DNA of 32,000 nucleotides from Vibrio cholerae ATCC 14035 (GCF_000621645.1 NZ_JHXR01000001.1:180001-212000); one strand, 5' to 3'; positions 9,509 through 19,140 are shown, counted from the first letter of the stretch. Program-made: numbers and translations. The notes: generated by a model from the letters alone, not told the origin.

Positions 9509-11449
9509 ATGATTGAAAAAACCTTTTCCCAGCAAGGCGCTTTAGGCCAAGCCATTCCGGGCTTTCAACCCAGACAAGCACAAGTCGATATGGCGAAAGC
9601 GGTCGCCAGTGCTATCGCCAACCAATCTCAATTAGTGGTTGAAGCGGGTACCGGAACCGGCAAAACCTTCGCGTATTTAGTGCCTGCGCTGCTCAGTGGC
9701 AAAAAGGTGATCATCAGTACCGGTTCTAAAAACCTGCAAGAGCAGCTTTTCCATCGCGATTTGCCTTTAATGGTCAGTGCATTAGGCTTTTTCGGCCAAG
9801 TCGCTTTGCTCAAAGGGCGTGCAAACTATCTCTGTCTTGACCGCTTAAGTCGGCAAATGGTCGAAAGCCATACCCCCGAATCTGATCCCACGCTGCTCAC
9901 TCAGCTGGTGAAAGTACGCAGCTGGGCATCCAGTACCCAGAGCGGCGATTTAGGTGAATGTGATGATTTGGCGGAAGATAGCCTGATTATTCCCACCATA
10001 ACTTCGACCAATGACAACTGCTTGGGCAAAGAGTGCGCGAGCTACCAAGACTGCTTTGTTTCCAAAGCGCGTCGTCGCGCGATGGATGCCGATGTGGTCG
10101 TGGTGAACCATCACTTGTTTCTGGCCGATTTGGCGATCAAAGAGACGGGCTTTGGTGAGTTAATTCCGGAAGCCGAAGTGTTTATTTTCGATGAAGCGCA
10201 CCAACTGCCGGACATCGCGAGCCAATATTTTGGTCAGTCGGTATCGAGCCGACAAGTGCAAGAGCTGGCGAAAGACATTGAACTCGGTTATCGCACCGAA
10301 GCGAAAGATATGCGCCAACTGCAAAAAGTGTCGGACAAACTGGTACAGGCGGCAATGGATTTACGCATTGTGCTTGGTGAGCCGGGCTATCGCGGTAACT
10401 GGCGTGAAGTGCTGAAAGTGCCGACCGTGGCAAGGGAAGTGGAACGGCTCAATGAAGCGCTGCAATTTGCGCTGGATGTGCTCAAGCTGGCTTTGGGGCG
10501 CAGTCAGCTTCTGGATACCGCGTTTGAACGTGCAACTTTGATCTTAGGCCGCATTCGCCGTGTGTGTGATGTTTCTGTCACTGGATATTCCTATTGGTAT
10601 GACACCACGCCGCGCCATTTCAGTTTGCACATTACCCCACTGTCGGTAGCAGATAAATTTCGTGAACAGATTGCGCTAAAAGAGGGCGCGTGGATATTCA
10701 CTTCCGCCACTTTAGCGGTCAACGAAGATTTCAGCCACTTTACTGAGCGGCTAGGGCTGACGCCGAGTGCGCAGTTTTCGCTGGTCAGCCCATTTGATTA
10801 TCAGCAGCAAGCGGTCTTGTGCGTGCCGCGCTATTTACCCGAGCCGAACAGTCCCGGCCTTGCTGAGAAACTGGTACGCATGCTCGCGCCAGTGATCGAA
10901 CATAACCAAGGGCGCTGTTTCTTTTTATGTACCTCGCACAGCATGATGCGCGATCTAGGCGAGCGTTTTCGTGAACGTTTGACCTTGCCAGTGTTGATGC
11001 AAGGAGAAACCAGTAAGCAGAAAACGTTGGCTGAATTTATGGAGCTGGGCAATGCCCTGTTGGTCGCAACTGGTGCTTTCTGGGAAGGGATCGACGTGCG
11101 AGGCGACACTTTAAGCTGTGTTATCATCGACAAATTGCCGTTTACCGCACCGGATGACCCGTTGCTCAAAGCGCGGATTGAAGATTGTCGTTTGCGCGGT
11201 GGCGATCCATTTGCGCAGGTGCAACTGCCCGAAGCGGTGATCACCTTAAAGCAAGGTGTGGGGCGGCTGATCCGCGATAAAAATGATAAAGGCGCGTTGA
11301 TCATCTGTGACAATCGATTGGTCACGCGCGATTATGGTGGCGTGTTTCTCGCCAGTTTACCGCCAATCCCACGCACGCGGGATCTGGACGTCGTCACCAC
11401 TTTTCTACAACAATTAGCTATAACTGAAATCAATCAGAGAGACTCATGA
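9509..11449 (+). CDS. yoaA: DinG-family ATP-dependent DNA helicase YoaA
   Basis: The ORF-track entry begins at 9437. I place the start at [25 protein letters not shown] (ATG 9509), which aligns with the remembered E. coli YoaA N-terminus. It has Walker A AGTGTGKT, a DEAH box (FDEAHQL) and an Fe-S Cys cluster ([12 protein letters not shown]). The position next to tsaB matches E. coli. Confidence 0.9.
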   Translation: MIEKTFSQQGALGQAIPGFQPRQAQVDMAKAVASAIANQSQLVVEAGTGTGKTFAYLVPALLSGKKVIISTGSKNLQEQLFHRDLPLMVSALGFFGQVALLKGRANYLCLDRLSRQMVESHTPESDPTLLTQLVKVRSWASSTQSGDLGECDDLAEDSLIIPTITSTNDNCLGKECASYQDCFVSKARRRAMDADVVVVNHHLFLADLAIKETGFGELIPEAEVFIFDEAHQLPDIASQYFGQSVSSRQVQELAKDIELGYRTEAKDMRQLQKVSDKLVQAAMDLRIVLGEPGYRGNWREVLKVPTVAREVERLNEALQFALDVLKLALGRSQLLDTAFERATLILGRIRRVCDVSVTGYSYWYDTTPRHFSLHITPLSVADKFREQIALKEGAWIFTSATLAVNEDFSHFTERLGLTPSAQFSLVSPFDYQQQAVLCVPRYLPEPNSPGLAEKLVRMLAPVIEHNQGRCFFLCTSHSMMRDLGERFRERLTLPVLMQGETSKQKTLAEFMELGNALLVATGAFWEGIDVRGDTLSCVIIDKLPFTAPDDPLLKARIEDCRLRGGDPFAQVQLPEAVITLKQGVGRLIRDKNDKGALIICDNRLVTRDYGGVFLASLPPIPRTRDLDVVTTFLQQLAITEINQRDS

Positions 11450-12159
11450 GCGTAAAAATTCTCGCCTTAGATACGGCCACCGAGCGCTGTTCCGTCGCGC
11501 TACTCGTCGGCAATACCGTTTATTCACGCAGTGAAATCGCCCCGCGTGATCACACCAAAAAAGTATTGCCTATGGTGGACGAAGTCTTAAAAGAAGCAGG
11601 CGTAACGCTACAAGAATTGGATGCTTTGGCTTTTGGCCGTGGCCCGGGAAGTTTTACTGGGGTACGGATTGGCATTGGAATTGCACAAGGTTTAGCCTTT
11701 GGGGCAGATCTGCCGATGATTGGCATTTCGACCTTAGCGGCGATGGCGCAAGCGGCGTATCGCTTGCAGGGGTTAACCCATGTTGCCAGCGCGATTGATG
11801 CGCGCATGGAAGAGGTGTATTGGGGGCGCTATGTGCGTCAAGAAGATGGCAGTTGGCAAGCCGCGGAAGCGGAGTGTGTGATTGCACCTGCGCTGTTAGC
11901 GCAGACCTTGACCCAAGATGATTTAACCCAAGATGAGCAGATTTGGGCGACCGCCGGAACGGGTTGGGATGCTTATCCCGCACTGGCGGATCTGCCGTTG
12001 CAACTGCAAACCAGCGAAGTGCTTTACCCTGATGCGCAAGATATGGCTTATTTGGCTCAGTTCGAATTAGCGCAAGGCAATCAAGTGAGTGTGGAGCAGG
12101 CAAGCCCTGTGTATCTGCGCGATACTGTGGCTTGGAAAAAACTGCCGGGTCGCGAGTAA
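11446..12159 (+). CDS. tsaB: tRNA t6A37 threonylcarbamoyltransferase complex dimerization subunit TsaB (YeaZ)
   Basis: 237-aa ORF. The sequence ILALDTATE...[22 protein letters not shown] is characteristic of YeaZ. Its ATGA start/stop overlap with yoaA suggests translational coupling. Confidence 0.93.
   Translation: MSVKILALDTATERCSVALLVGNTVYSRSEIAPRDHTKKVLPMVDEVLKEAGVTLQELDALAFGRGPGSFTGVRIGIGIAQGLAFGADLPMIGISTLAAMAQAAYRLQGLTHVASAIDARMEEVYWGRYVRQEDGSWQAAEAECVIAPALLAQTLTQDDLTQDEQIWATAGTGWDAYPALADLPLQLQTSEVLYPDAQDMAYLAQFELAQGNQVSVEQASPVYLRDTVAWKKLPGRE
11908..11937 (+). repeat. 15-bp in-frame tandem duplication inside tsaB (ttgacccaagatgat / ttaacccaagatgag)
   Basis: Two adjacent 15-mers differ at 2 positions and encode [10 protein letters not shown]. 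Confidence 0.8.
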
Positions 12160-12218
12160 GGCTAAAACCGTCAGGCAGAAGATGAGCGCTTACTCACTCG
12201 CAAACGAATAGGAACAGT

Positions 12219-12524
12219 ATGGTTTCAATTAATGGATTACCTCCGGCGCGACTGCCTGGCACCAATAAAACCTCGAAAACGGGGAAAAAGGGCGAGGTCA
12301 GTCAGAGCGAGAGTGGCAAAAGCGTTTCATCGACCAGCAAAGTCGCGACAGCGGTAGCGGAATCGATCCGTCAGGTCAATGAGTCGGACATCCATCGCGC
12401 GCAAGTGCAGTACGATTTGCCTGAAGGGCGGGGTCGTAAAGCGATGGAAGAGTACCTGAATGTGATGAATCAAGCGCGCAAAGAGGAACTTGCGCAGTTG
12501 CTTGGGGTCGATATCTACATCTAA
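12219..12524 (+). CDS. Hypothetical protein (101 aa), Ser/Lys-rich N-terminal half
   Basis: AGGAA SD 4 nt upstream. The N-terminal half looks low-complexity and disordered, and the C-terminal half looks helical. I recognise no family, and the syntenic E. coli block has no equivalent. Confidence 0.65.
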   Translation: MVSINGLPPARLPGTNKTSKTGKKGEVSQSESGKSVSSTSKVATAVAESIRQVNESDIHRAQVQYDLPEGRGRKAMEEYLNVMNQARKEELAQLLGVDIYI

Positions 12525-12540
12525 AACTGAGGTGAATTCG

Positions 12541-13098
12541 ATGAAGATGACTGTGCTGAAATTACTCATACCTACCATGGCTCTGCTGCTGTCTGCTTGT
12601 GCGAGCTTGCCACCTGAGTTGGGCAATCCCGATGATAAAAGCGTTGTGACTCAATATTCGGCTTGGCTTGAGCGCGATCCAGCTACGCAATCACCCGTTC
12701 GAATGGGCGGCGTTGTTGCCAACATCAGCAACCAAAAAGATCGCACCCGCGTTGAGCTGGTCAACTTACCGATTGATAGCGCAGGGCGTCCCAACATCCA
12801 TCAAGAGCCGCAAGGTCGCTTTGTCGCTTACGTGCCGGGATTCCTAGATCCAATCACTTATGGGGAAGGTCGCTTGCTCACGCTTTATGGTACGACAGCG
12901 CCATCTGAACAAGGCAAAGTGGGTGACTATGAACATACTTATCCGGTGATGAATGCGCAAGGTTACCATTTGTGGCGAGTGGAAGAGCGAGTCGAAGTCG
13001 ATGATATTGGGCCTTACATGTTCCCTTGTCGCGGTTTCTACTGTTGGCCAAGGACGATGCCTGAGCGGGACGGTAAGATCATTCAAGAAGTTAAATGA
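12541..13098 (+). CDS. Slp/YeaY-family outer-membrane lipoprotein
   Basis: Start set at MKMTVLKLLIPTMALLLSAC (ATG 12541) after a GAGGTG SD. It has a lipobox (L-S-A-C). The GRF..Y.PGFLDP and YHLW blocks recall E. coli Slp/YeaY. Its position between tsaB and fadD matches E. coli yeaY. Confidence 0.85.
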   Translation: MKMTVLKLLIPTMALLLSACASLPPELGNPDDKSVVTQYSAWLERDPATQSPVRMGGVVANISNQKDRTRVELVNLPIDSAGRPNIHQEPQGRFVAYVPGFLDPITYGEGRLLTLYGTTAPSEQGKVGDYEHTYPVMNAQGYHLWRVEERVEVDDIGPYMFPCRGFYCWPRTMPERDGKIIQEVK

Positions 13099-13949
13099 AC
13101 TCTATTTCAACCACTTATCTGCTCGAACAAGGCCAATTAGCGGCCATTGAAGTGGGCAATGCAAAAATGGCCGAAGTCTCGGTCATTTTTATTCACGGCT
13201 GGCTGGATAACGCGGCGAGTTTCTTGTCACTGATGCCTGCGTTACATGCGTTGGATCCTAGGCTGCATCTGTGCGCGGTTGATCTGCCCGGTCACGGTTT
13301 CTCTAGCCACAAAGCGGGTTACTCTGCATTTCACGACTATATCGATGATCTCGATCAGCTGTTGCTCAACTTATCGCCAAACAAACCAGTGCTAGTGGGG
13401 CATTCGCTTGGTGCTTTAATCGCAAGTTGTTATAGTGCCGCCTTTCCCGAGCAAGTCAGCGGTTTAGTGCAGATAGAAGGCTTCGGACCACTCTCTGAAC
13501 CTGCCACGCACAGTGTCACGCGTTTGCGGCAAGGGATACGCTCGCGCCATGCGTTACGCAACGCAAAACCTCGTGGGTATGCCAGCTTTGAACATGCACT
13601 GCGTCACCGTGCTTTGGCCAATCAGTTACCGGCTGAATTGCTGCGTCCGTTGGTCGAACGTGGCACTTATCAGCATGACGAGCAGTGGTTCTGGCGGCAT
13701 GATCTTAAGCTCAAAGCGGACTCTTTATATCGCATGACGCCGGAACACGCCGCGCAGGTGCGCGAATCAATCCGTTGTCCGCAGCAGGTGATTTTGGGCT
13801 CGCAGGGGTTTGCCACACTCAAGCAACAAGCACAAAACCCAGAGTTTGCGACCATCCCCATAGCAACGGTGGCGGGCGGGCATCACTGCCATTTAGAGCA
13901 ACCTCAAGCGGTCGCTGAATTGATTTTTGGCTTAGTTAACAAAATTTAA
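13095..13949 (+). CDS. Alpha/beta-fold hydrolase (cytoplasmic; substrate unknown)
   Basis: 284-aa ORF. It has the IHGW oxyanion region, the GHSLG nucleophile elbow and a C-terminal GGHHCHLEQP His motif. There is no signal peptide. It has an ATGA overlap with the slp-like gene. Confidence 0.85.
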   Translation: MNSISTTYLLEQGQLAAIEVGNAKMAEVSVIFIHGWLDNAASFLSLMPALHALDPRLHLCAVDLPGHGFSSHKAGYSAFHDYIDDLDQLLLNLSPNKPVLVGHSLGALIASCYSAAFPEQVSGLVQIEGFGPLSEPATHSVTRLRQGIRSRHALRNAKPRGYASFEHALRHRALANQLPAELLRPLVERGTYQHDEQWFWRHDLKLKADSLYRMTPEHAAQVRESIRCPQQVILGSQGFATLKQQAQNPEFATIPIATVAGGHHCHLEQPQAVAELIFGLVNKI

Positions 13950-14073
13950 ACAAGTGTTTGAGAGTTACGTGCTCAAGCACCTCGGCTGTGCTGTAATAGC
14001 GGTCAGCATTTGCATGACTACTGCATGATGACAACAACAAGAATAGCGCCAGCCAATAACGAGGAGTATTACC

Positions 14074-15774
14074 GTGGATAAACCTTGGCTTTCACGTTAT
14101 CCGAAAGACGTACCGGAAACCATTAATCCTGATCAGTACCCATCACTGGTCGAAATGTTTGAACAATCGGTACATAAGTACGCGGATCAGCCAGCCTTCA
14201 TGAACATGGGCGCGGTGATGACATTCCGTAAGCTGGAAGAGCGCAGCCGCGCCTTTGCGGCTTATTTACAAAACGATCTCAAGCTGAAAAAAGGTGACCG
14301 TGTCGCTCTGATGATGCCGAACTTGCTGCAATACCCTGTGGCGCTGTTTGGTGTTCTGCGTGCTGGCATGATCGCAGTGAACGTCAACCCACTTTACACT
14401 CCGCGAGAGCTGGAGCATCAATTAAATGATGCGGATGCGCGCGCGATTGTGATCGTCTCAAACTTTGCTAACACCTTAGAGCAGATCGTTGCCAATACAC
14501 AGGTCAAGCATGTGGTGCTGACCAGTCTTGGACAGATGCTGCCACGCGCCAAAGGCACAATTGTCGATTTCGTGGTGAAATACGTCAAAGGCATGGTACC
14601 TAAGTACGATCTACCGGGCGCGATTTCGATGCGTAAAGCGCTGCACAAAGGCCGCCGTCTGCAATACGTGAAGCCGTTTATGTCCGGTGAAGACATTGCC
14701 TTCCTGCAATACACTGGCGGTACAACCGGTGTGGCGAAAGGCGCCATTCTGACGCACCGCAACATGGTCGCAAACGTGCTGCAAGCCAAAGGCGCTTACG
14801 GCCCTGTGCTGCAAGAGGGTCGCGAGCTGGTGGTCACCGCACTGCCGCTGTACCACGTGTTTGCCTTAACCGTAAACTGCTTGCTGTTTATTGAAATGGG
14901 TGGCCGCAACTTATTGATCACTAACCCGCGTGATATACCGGGCTTTGTGAAAGAGCTGCAAAAGTACCCATTTACAGCCATTACCGGTGTAAACACCCTG
15001 TTTAATGCGCTGGTGAATAACGAAGATTTCCACGAGCTCGACTTCAAAAATATGAAGCTAGCAGTTGGTGGTGGTATGGCGGTACAACGCGCTGTTGCCG
15101 AGCGTTGGAAAAAGACTACCGGTGTCCATTTGCTCGAAGGCTATGGTTTGACCGAGTGTTCGCCACTGGTGACCGGCAACCCATACGATTTGACGGATTA
15201 CACGGGTGCGATTGGTTTACCAGTACCGTCAACCGAAGTGCGGATTGTGGATGATGCGGGTAATGTGGTGCCTAACGATCAAGTTGGTGAGCTGCAAGTG
15301 CGTGGTCCACAAGTCATGCAAGGTTACTGGCAGCGTCCTGAAGCGACCAAAGAAGTGCTCAATGCTGAGGGATGGCTTTCAACTGGCGATATTGTGAAAT
15401 TCGATGATCAAGGTTTGATCCACATTGTTGATCGTAAGAAAGACATGATTCTGGTTTCAGGCTTTAACGTTTATCCGAATGAAATCGAAGATGTGGTGGC
15501 GCTGCACGGCAAAGTGCTAGAAGTCGCAGCGATTGGTCAGGCTAACGATGTTTCTGGCGAATTGGTGAAGATTTATGTGGTGAAGCGCGACCCAAGCTTG
15601 ACCAAAGACGAAGTGATTGCTCACTGTCGTAAGCATCTGACTGGCTACAAAGTGCCAAAACTGGTTGAATTTCGTGACGACCTGCCAAAAACCAACGTGG
15701 GCAAAATCCTGCGTCGTGTGCTGCGTGAAGAAAATGACGCACAGTTGGCAGCAAAGGCGAAGCAAAGCGCATAA
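14074..15774 (+). CDS. fadD: Long-chain-fatty-acid--CoA ligase
   Basis: GTG start after a GAGGAG SD. The N-terminus (M)[32 protein letters not shown] and the AMP-binding motif [12 protein letters not shown] closely follow remembered E. coli FadD. Confidence 0.95.
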   Translation: MDKPWLSRYPKDVPETINPDQYPSLVEMFEQSVHKYADQPAFMNMGAVMTFRKLEERSRAFAAYLQNDLKLKKGDRVALMMPNLLQYPVALFGVLRAGMIAVNVNPLYTPRELEHQLNDADARAIVIVSNFANTLEQIVANTQVKHVVLTSLGQMLPRAKGTIVDFVVKYVKGMVPKYDLPGAISMRKALHKGRRLQYVKPFMSGEDIAFLQYTGGTTGVAKGAILTHRNMVANVLQAKGAYGPVLQEGRELVVTALPLYHVFALTVNCLLFIEMGGRNLLITNPRDIPGFVKELQKYPFTAITGVNTLFNALVNNEDFHELDFKNMKLAVGGGMAVQRAVAERWKKTTGVHLLEGYGLTECSPLVTGNPYDLTDYTGAIGLPVPSTEVRIVDDAGNVVPNDQVGELQVRGPQVMQGYWQRPEATKEVLNAEGWLSTGDIVKFDDQGLIHIVDRKKDMILVSGFNVYPNEIEDVVALHGKVLEVAAIGQANDVSGELVKIYVVKRDPSLTKDEVIAHCRKHLTGYKVPKLVEFRDDLPKTNVGKILRRVLREENDAQLAAKAKQSA

Positions 15775-15808
15775 GCTGTACCCAGCTGCGAGTGTTTTTT
15801 AATGTTAG

Positions 15809-15840
15809 AATGCCGGCCTTAGCTGCCGGCATTTTCTTTC
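15809..15840 (+). terminator. Rho-independent terminator after fadD, which also lies in the rnd leader region
   Basis: aatgccggc-cttagct-gccggcatt followed by ttttctttc. Confidence 0.8.
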
Positions 15841-15861
15841 AAAAGAAGTCTCTCTTCTTTT
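15841..15861 (+). other. AU-rich 8-bp hairpin immediately upstream of the rnd start region
   Basis: aaaagaag-tctct-cttctttt seen directly. Its 3' arm overlaps the TTG at 15860. Confidence 0.35.
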
Positions 15862-15883
15862 GAGCAACAACTGCGAGTTATCT

Positions 15884-17005
15884 GTGAATTATCAAATTAT
15901 TAGCCAAGTAGGCGATCTACAACGAGTCTGTCTTGCTGCCCGTGATGCGGATGTGGTGATGCTGGATACCGAATTTGTCCGTACCCGCACCTTCTTTCCG
16001 CAACTGGGGTTGATCCAGATGTTTGATGGGGAAAACCTATCGCTGATTGATCCCACCGTGCTGGATGAAATGACGCCGTTTGTCGAGTTATTGCAAGACA
16101 CTTCGGTATTGAAAGTGCTGCACGCCTGTGGCGAAGATTTGGAAGTGTTCCAGAATGCGTTTGGCTGCACGCCTTTCCCTATGGTGGATACTCAGATTAT
16201 GGCCGCGTTTTTGGGCTACGGTTTATCCACTGGGTTTGCGGCGTTAGTGCAAGACCAACTGCAAGTTGAGCTAGACAAAAGCGAATCGCGCACCGATTGG
16301 TTAGCGCGCCCTCTAAGTGACAAGCAACTGGAATATGCCGCGGCCGATGTGTTCTATCTGCTACCGATGTACGAAAAACTGGTCGAGCAAGTGACCCAAG
16401 CCGGCTGGTGGGACGCGGCATTGCAAGAAAGTGAACTGCAAGTGGCCAAGCGCACTAAAGTCAGCAACCCAGAGCTCGCTTACTTAGACATCAAAGGGGC
16501 TTGGCAGCTTAAACCTAAAGAGCTGGCGATCCTCAAACCCCTAGCAACATGGCGTTACCATGAAGCGGTAAATCGAGATTTGGCGCTGAACTTCGTGATT
16601 AAAGAAACGGACTTACTGACCATTTCGCGTTTGGCACTTCGTAGTCCGAAACGCATGGAAGAGGAGGGGGTTGATCCGCACGCAATCCGTCGTCACAGCA
16701 GCAAAATTATCGCTATGGTGAAAACGGCGCTAGAAACGCCAGCCGATGCGTATCCACCAGAAATCGTGCCGATCATGGAATACCCAGGTTATAAGCAGTT
16801 GTTCAAACGTTTGAAAGATGAAGTAAAGAGCGTTTCGAACACCAGTGGCCTTGCGACCGAATTTTTGGCGTCGAAAAAACAGCTTAACCAACTGCTGAGT
16901 TGGGTATGGAAGCGCGACCGCGACCCAGCCCGCTTGCCTGATTTAATGCAAGGGTGGCGTTTACCATTACTTGGCGAGAAGCTCAATACGCTCGTCTTGA
17001 AATAA
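15884..17005 (+). CDS. rnd: Ribonuclease D
   Basis: DEDD 3'-5' exonuclease motifs (LDTEF, HACGEDL, YAAADV) plus an HRDC region. The start is ambiguous. GTG at 15884 gives MNYQIISQ, parallel to the E. coli MNYQMITT. TTG at 15860, used by the ORF track, adds 8 codons. Neither has a strong SD. Confidence 0.92.
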   Translation: MNYQIISQVGDLQRVCLAARDADVVMLDTEFVRTRTFFPQLGLIQMFDGENLSLIDPTVLDEMTPFVELLQDTSVLKVLHACGEDLEVFQNAFGCTPFPMVDTQIMAAFLGYGLSTGFAALVQDQLQVELDKSESRTDWLARPLSDKQLEYAAADVFYLLPMYEKLVEQVTQAGWWDAALQESELQVAKRTKVSNPELAYLDIKGAWQLKPKELAILKPLATWRYHEAVNRDLALNFVIKETDLLTISRLALRSPKRMEEEGVDPHAIRRHSSKIIAMVKTALETPADAYPPEIVPIMEYPGYKQLFKRLKDEVKSVSNTSGLATEFLASKKQLNQLLSWVWKRDRDPARLPDLMQGWRLPLLGEKLNTLVLK

Positions 17006-17013
17006 TCTCCTTC

Positions 17014-17043
17014 CGACTTGGATCTGCAGCGCCAAGTCGTTTC
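17014..17043 (+). terminator. Weak terminator-like hairpin after rnd
   Basis: cgacttgg-(10-nt loop)-ccaagtcg followed by tttc. It starts 9 nt after the rnd stop. The U-tail is short. Confidence 0.35.
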
Positions 17044-17217
17044 AGGATAGGTGTTTTATTCACGCATTTTTCTGTCAGTAAAATTCCATGAACAGTAGGC
17101 ACTATCGCATTTCTCGGAGTGCCTACTCGCATCGCGCAGCATCGTGCGATAATGCGCCTTCATCGACTCTTCTAATCTAGGCAAGAAGAGCAAGGAAAAT
17201 CATCAATAAGGATTGTT

Positions 17218-19065
17218 ATGTCTGCGACACATTACCTCAATCAACTTAACCACCGTTATCTGAACATCCATCGTGTCAAAGAAGATTTCTTCTGGGATAC
17301 CTACATGGGGCTGAGTTATGATCATGTGGGTTCCGCGCAAGCACAAACCGAGTGGACTCAGTTTCTGAGCAATGGTGCGCGGATTGAGGAAATTCGCCAG
17401 CAAATCGAATTGGCAGAACAGATCACCGATAGCGAAGAAAAAGCGCAAACCTTAACGGGCTTACAAGGCTGGCTCGCGATGTTTGAAAGTCATGCGCTGG
17501 AATCAGAGCAAGCGCAGTCACTCAAAGCCGGATTAATCCAATTTGAGGCCGATCTGTTTGAGAAAAAACAGAAGCATGTGCTGACTTATACCAACGAACA
17601 GGGCGAAGCGGTAGAAGCCTCGATTGTCACTTTAGGTTCCACGGTGCGTACTCATGATCAAGAAGCAGTACGTCGCAGCGCCCATCAGGCTTTCTTAGGC
17701 TTAGAACAGTGGTTATTACAAAATGGATTGTTAGAGCTGGTGAAGCGTCGTAACCATTTTGCGCGCAGCTTAGGTTATAAAACCTTTTTTGATTACTCGG
17801 TTGCCAAAAAAGAGAAGATGACCACTGAGCAACTGTTCACCATTTTGGATGATTTTGAACAGCGCACGCGTGATCGTCACTTCACTAGCTTAGCGGAACT
17901 TGCACAAAGTAAAGGTGAGCAAGCGCTGCAAGGACATAACTTCATCTATTCGTTTGCGGGCGATGTGATGCGTGAGCTGGACCCTTACGTGCCATTTTCA
18001 CAATCGCTGCGTCGTTGGGTGGAGTCTTTTGGTCGCCTCAATATTGAATTTAGTGGCGCTGAGCTGACCCTTGATTTGCTGGATCGTAAAGGTAAATATC
18101 CAAACGGTTTCTGCCATGGGCCAATTCCGGCGTTTTACGACCAAGGTCAGTGGGTCGCGGCGAAAGTTAATTTCACCAGTAATGCTAAGCCAGATCAGGT
18201 AGGCAGTGGTTACGATGGCATCAACACCTTGTTCCATGAAGGTGGGCACGCGGCGCACTTTGCGAATGTGAAGATGAACGCGCCGTGTTTTTCACAAGAA
18301 TTTGCACCCACTTCGATGGCGTACGCTGAAACGCAATCCATGTTTTGCGATAGTCTATTGATGGATGCTGACTGGTTGAAAACCTATGCCAAAGATGTAC
18401 AAGGTAACCCAGTGCCAGATGAGCTCATCAAAGCCATGGTATTTAGCCGCCAACCGTTTAAAGCTTACGAAGAGCGCAGTATTTTGCTCGTGCCGTATTT
18501 TGAGCGAGCACTGTATGAACAGAGCGAGGAAGAGCTGACTGCAGAGCGCGTCACTGAACTGGCCAGAGCCACTGAAAAGCGGATTATCGGCCTTGAATGC
18601 AGTCCGCGTCCGCTGATGGCGATCCCGCATCTGTTATCCGATGAATCGGCGTGTGCTTATCACGGTTACTTGTTGGCGCACATGGCGGTGTACCAAACTC
18701 GCGCTTATTTCCTTGGGCAGTTTGGTTATTTCACCGATAACCCAGCGATTGGGCCACTACTGGCGAAGCATTATTGGCAGCAAGGCAATGCACTTTCTCA
18801 CAATGACACTATTGTGAACCTCACTGGTGAAGGCTTTAATGCTCGCTATCTTGCCGATGCCTGTAACTTAACTCCGGATGAAGCATGGCAAAAGCAGCAG
18901 CACAAAATGGCGCAATTGGCGACGCGTGAGCAAACCAAACCCGCTTCATTAAATGCGCAGATTCGAGTGATTGATGGTGCCACTGAGCTGGCTTCTAACC
19001 GTGATTCGGATGAAGAGATGTGCCGCCAATTTGAGGCGTACATTGCCAAACATTACGGTTGCTAA
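17218..19065 (+). CDS. Zinc metallopeptidase, HExxH type (M3/oligoendopeptidase-like by size and motif position)
   Basis: 615-aa ORF with an AAGGA SD. The LFHEGGHAAHF motif lies at about residue 340. There is no signal peptide. The exact MEROPS family was not determined. Confidence 0.85.
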   Translation: MSATHYLNQLNHRYLNIHRVKEDFFWDTYMGLSYDHVGSAQAQTEWTQFLSNGARIEEIRQQIELAEQITDSEEKAQTLTGLQGWLAMFESHALESEQAQSLKAGLIQFEADLFEKKQKHVLTYTNEQGEAVEASIVTLGSTVRTHDQEAVRRSAHQAFLGLEQWLLQNGLLELVKRRNHFARSLGYKTFFDYSVAKKEKMTTEQLFTILDDFEQRTRDRHFTSLAELAQSKGEQALQGHNFIYSFAGDVMRELDPYVPFSQSLRRWVESFGRLNIEFSGAELTLDLLDRKGKYPNGFCHGPIPAFYDQGQWVAAKVNFTSNAKPDQVGSGYDGINTLFHEGGHAAHFANVKMNAPCFSQEFAPTSMAYAETQSMFCDSLLMDADWLKTYAKDVQGNPVPDELIKAMVFSRQPFKAYEERSILLVPYFERALYEQSEEELTAERVTELARATEKRIIGLECSPRPLMAIPHLLSDESACAYHGYLLAHMAVYQTRAYFLGQFGYFTDNPAIGPLLAKHYWQQGNALSHNDTIVNLTGEGFNARYLADACNLTPDEAWQKQQHKMAQLATREQTKPASLNAQIRVIDGATELASNRDSDEEMCRQFEAYIAKHYGC

Positions 19066-19100
19066 TTAGGCTGTTAATGAAACACACGTACTGAAAAATA

Positions 19101-19134
19101 AAAAGGCTGAACGCATAGCGTTCGGCCTTTTTTA
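19101..19134. terminator. Bidirectional rho-independent terminator between the peptidase gene and the rhombosortase gene
   Basis: aaaaggctgaacgc-ata-gcgttcggcctttt. A-runs precede the stem and T-runs follow it, so both strands end in U-tracts. Confidence 0.8.
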
Positions 19135-19140
19135 TCCTGT

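Noticed and set aside
9118-9555. 145-aa minus-strand ORF spanning the purU/yoaA intergenic region
   Set aside because: It overlaps the better-supported 67-aa plus-strand ORF and the yoaA start. It has no SD and its sequence is Cys/Trp/Arg-rich and implausible.
10831-12103. Antisense ORFs within yoaA (10831-11325, 164 aa) and tsaB (11654-12103, 149 aa; 11550-11807, 85 aa)
   Set aside because: They are opposite confidently identified genes. Their Ser/Pro/Arg-rich low-complexity translation is typical of shadow ORFs.
13997-14013. Possible FadR site upstream of fadD (TAGCGGTCAGCATTTGC)
   Set aside because: Only the GGTCAG core matches, with about 3 mismatches in the 10-bp TGGTCnGACC core and no dyad symmetry. 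A PWM scan might still find it or another site.
14025-14081. 18-codon upstream ORF ([18 protein letters not shown]) overlapping the fadD GTG start
   Set aside because: It has no SD. Its sequence is simply the fadD SD/leader read in another frame. I know of no precedent.
17088-17180. 30-codon ORF (MNSRHYRISRSAYSHRAASCDNAPSSTLLI) in the rnd-peptidase spacer
   Set aside because: It has no SD. Its composition is Arg/Ser-rich, and it coincides with the hairpin-forming sequences, which explain the region better as RNA structure.
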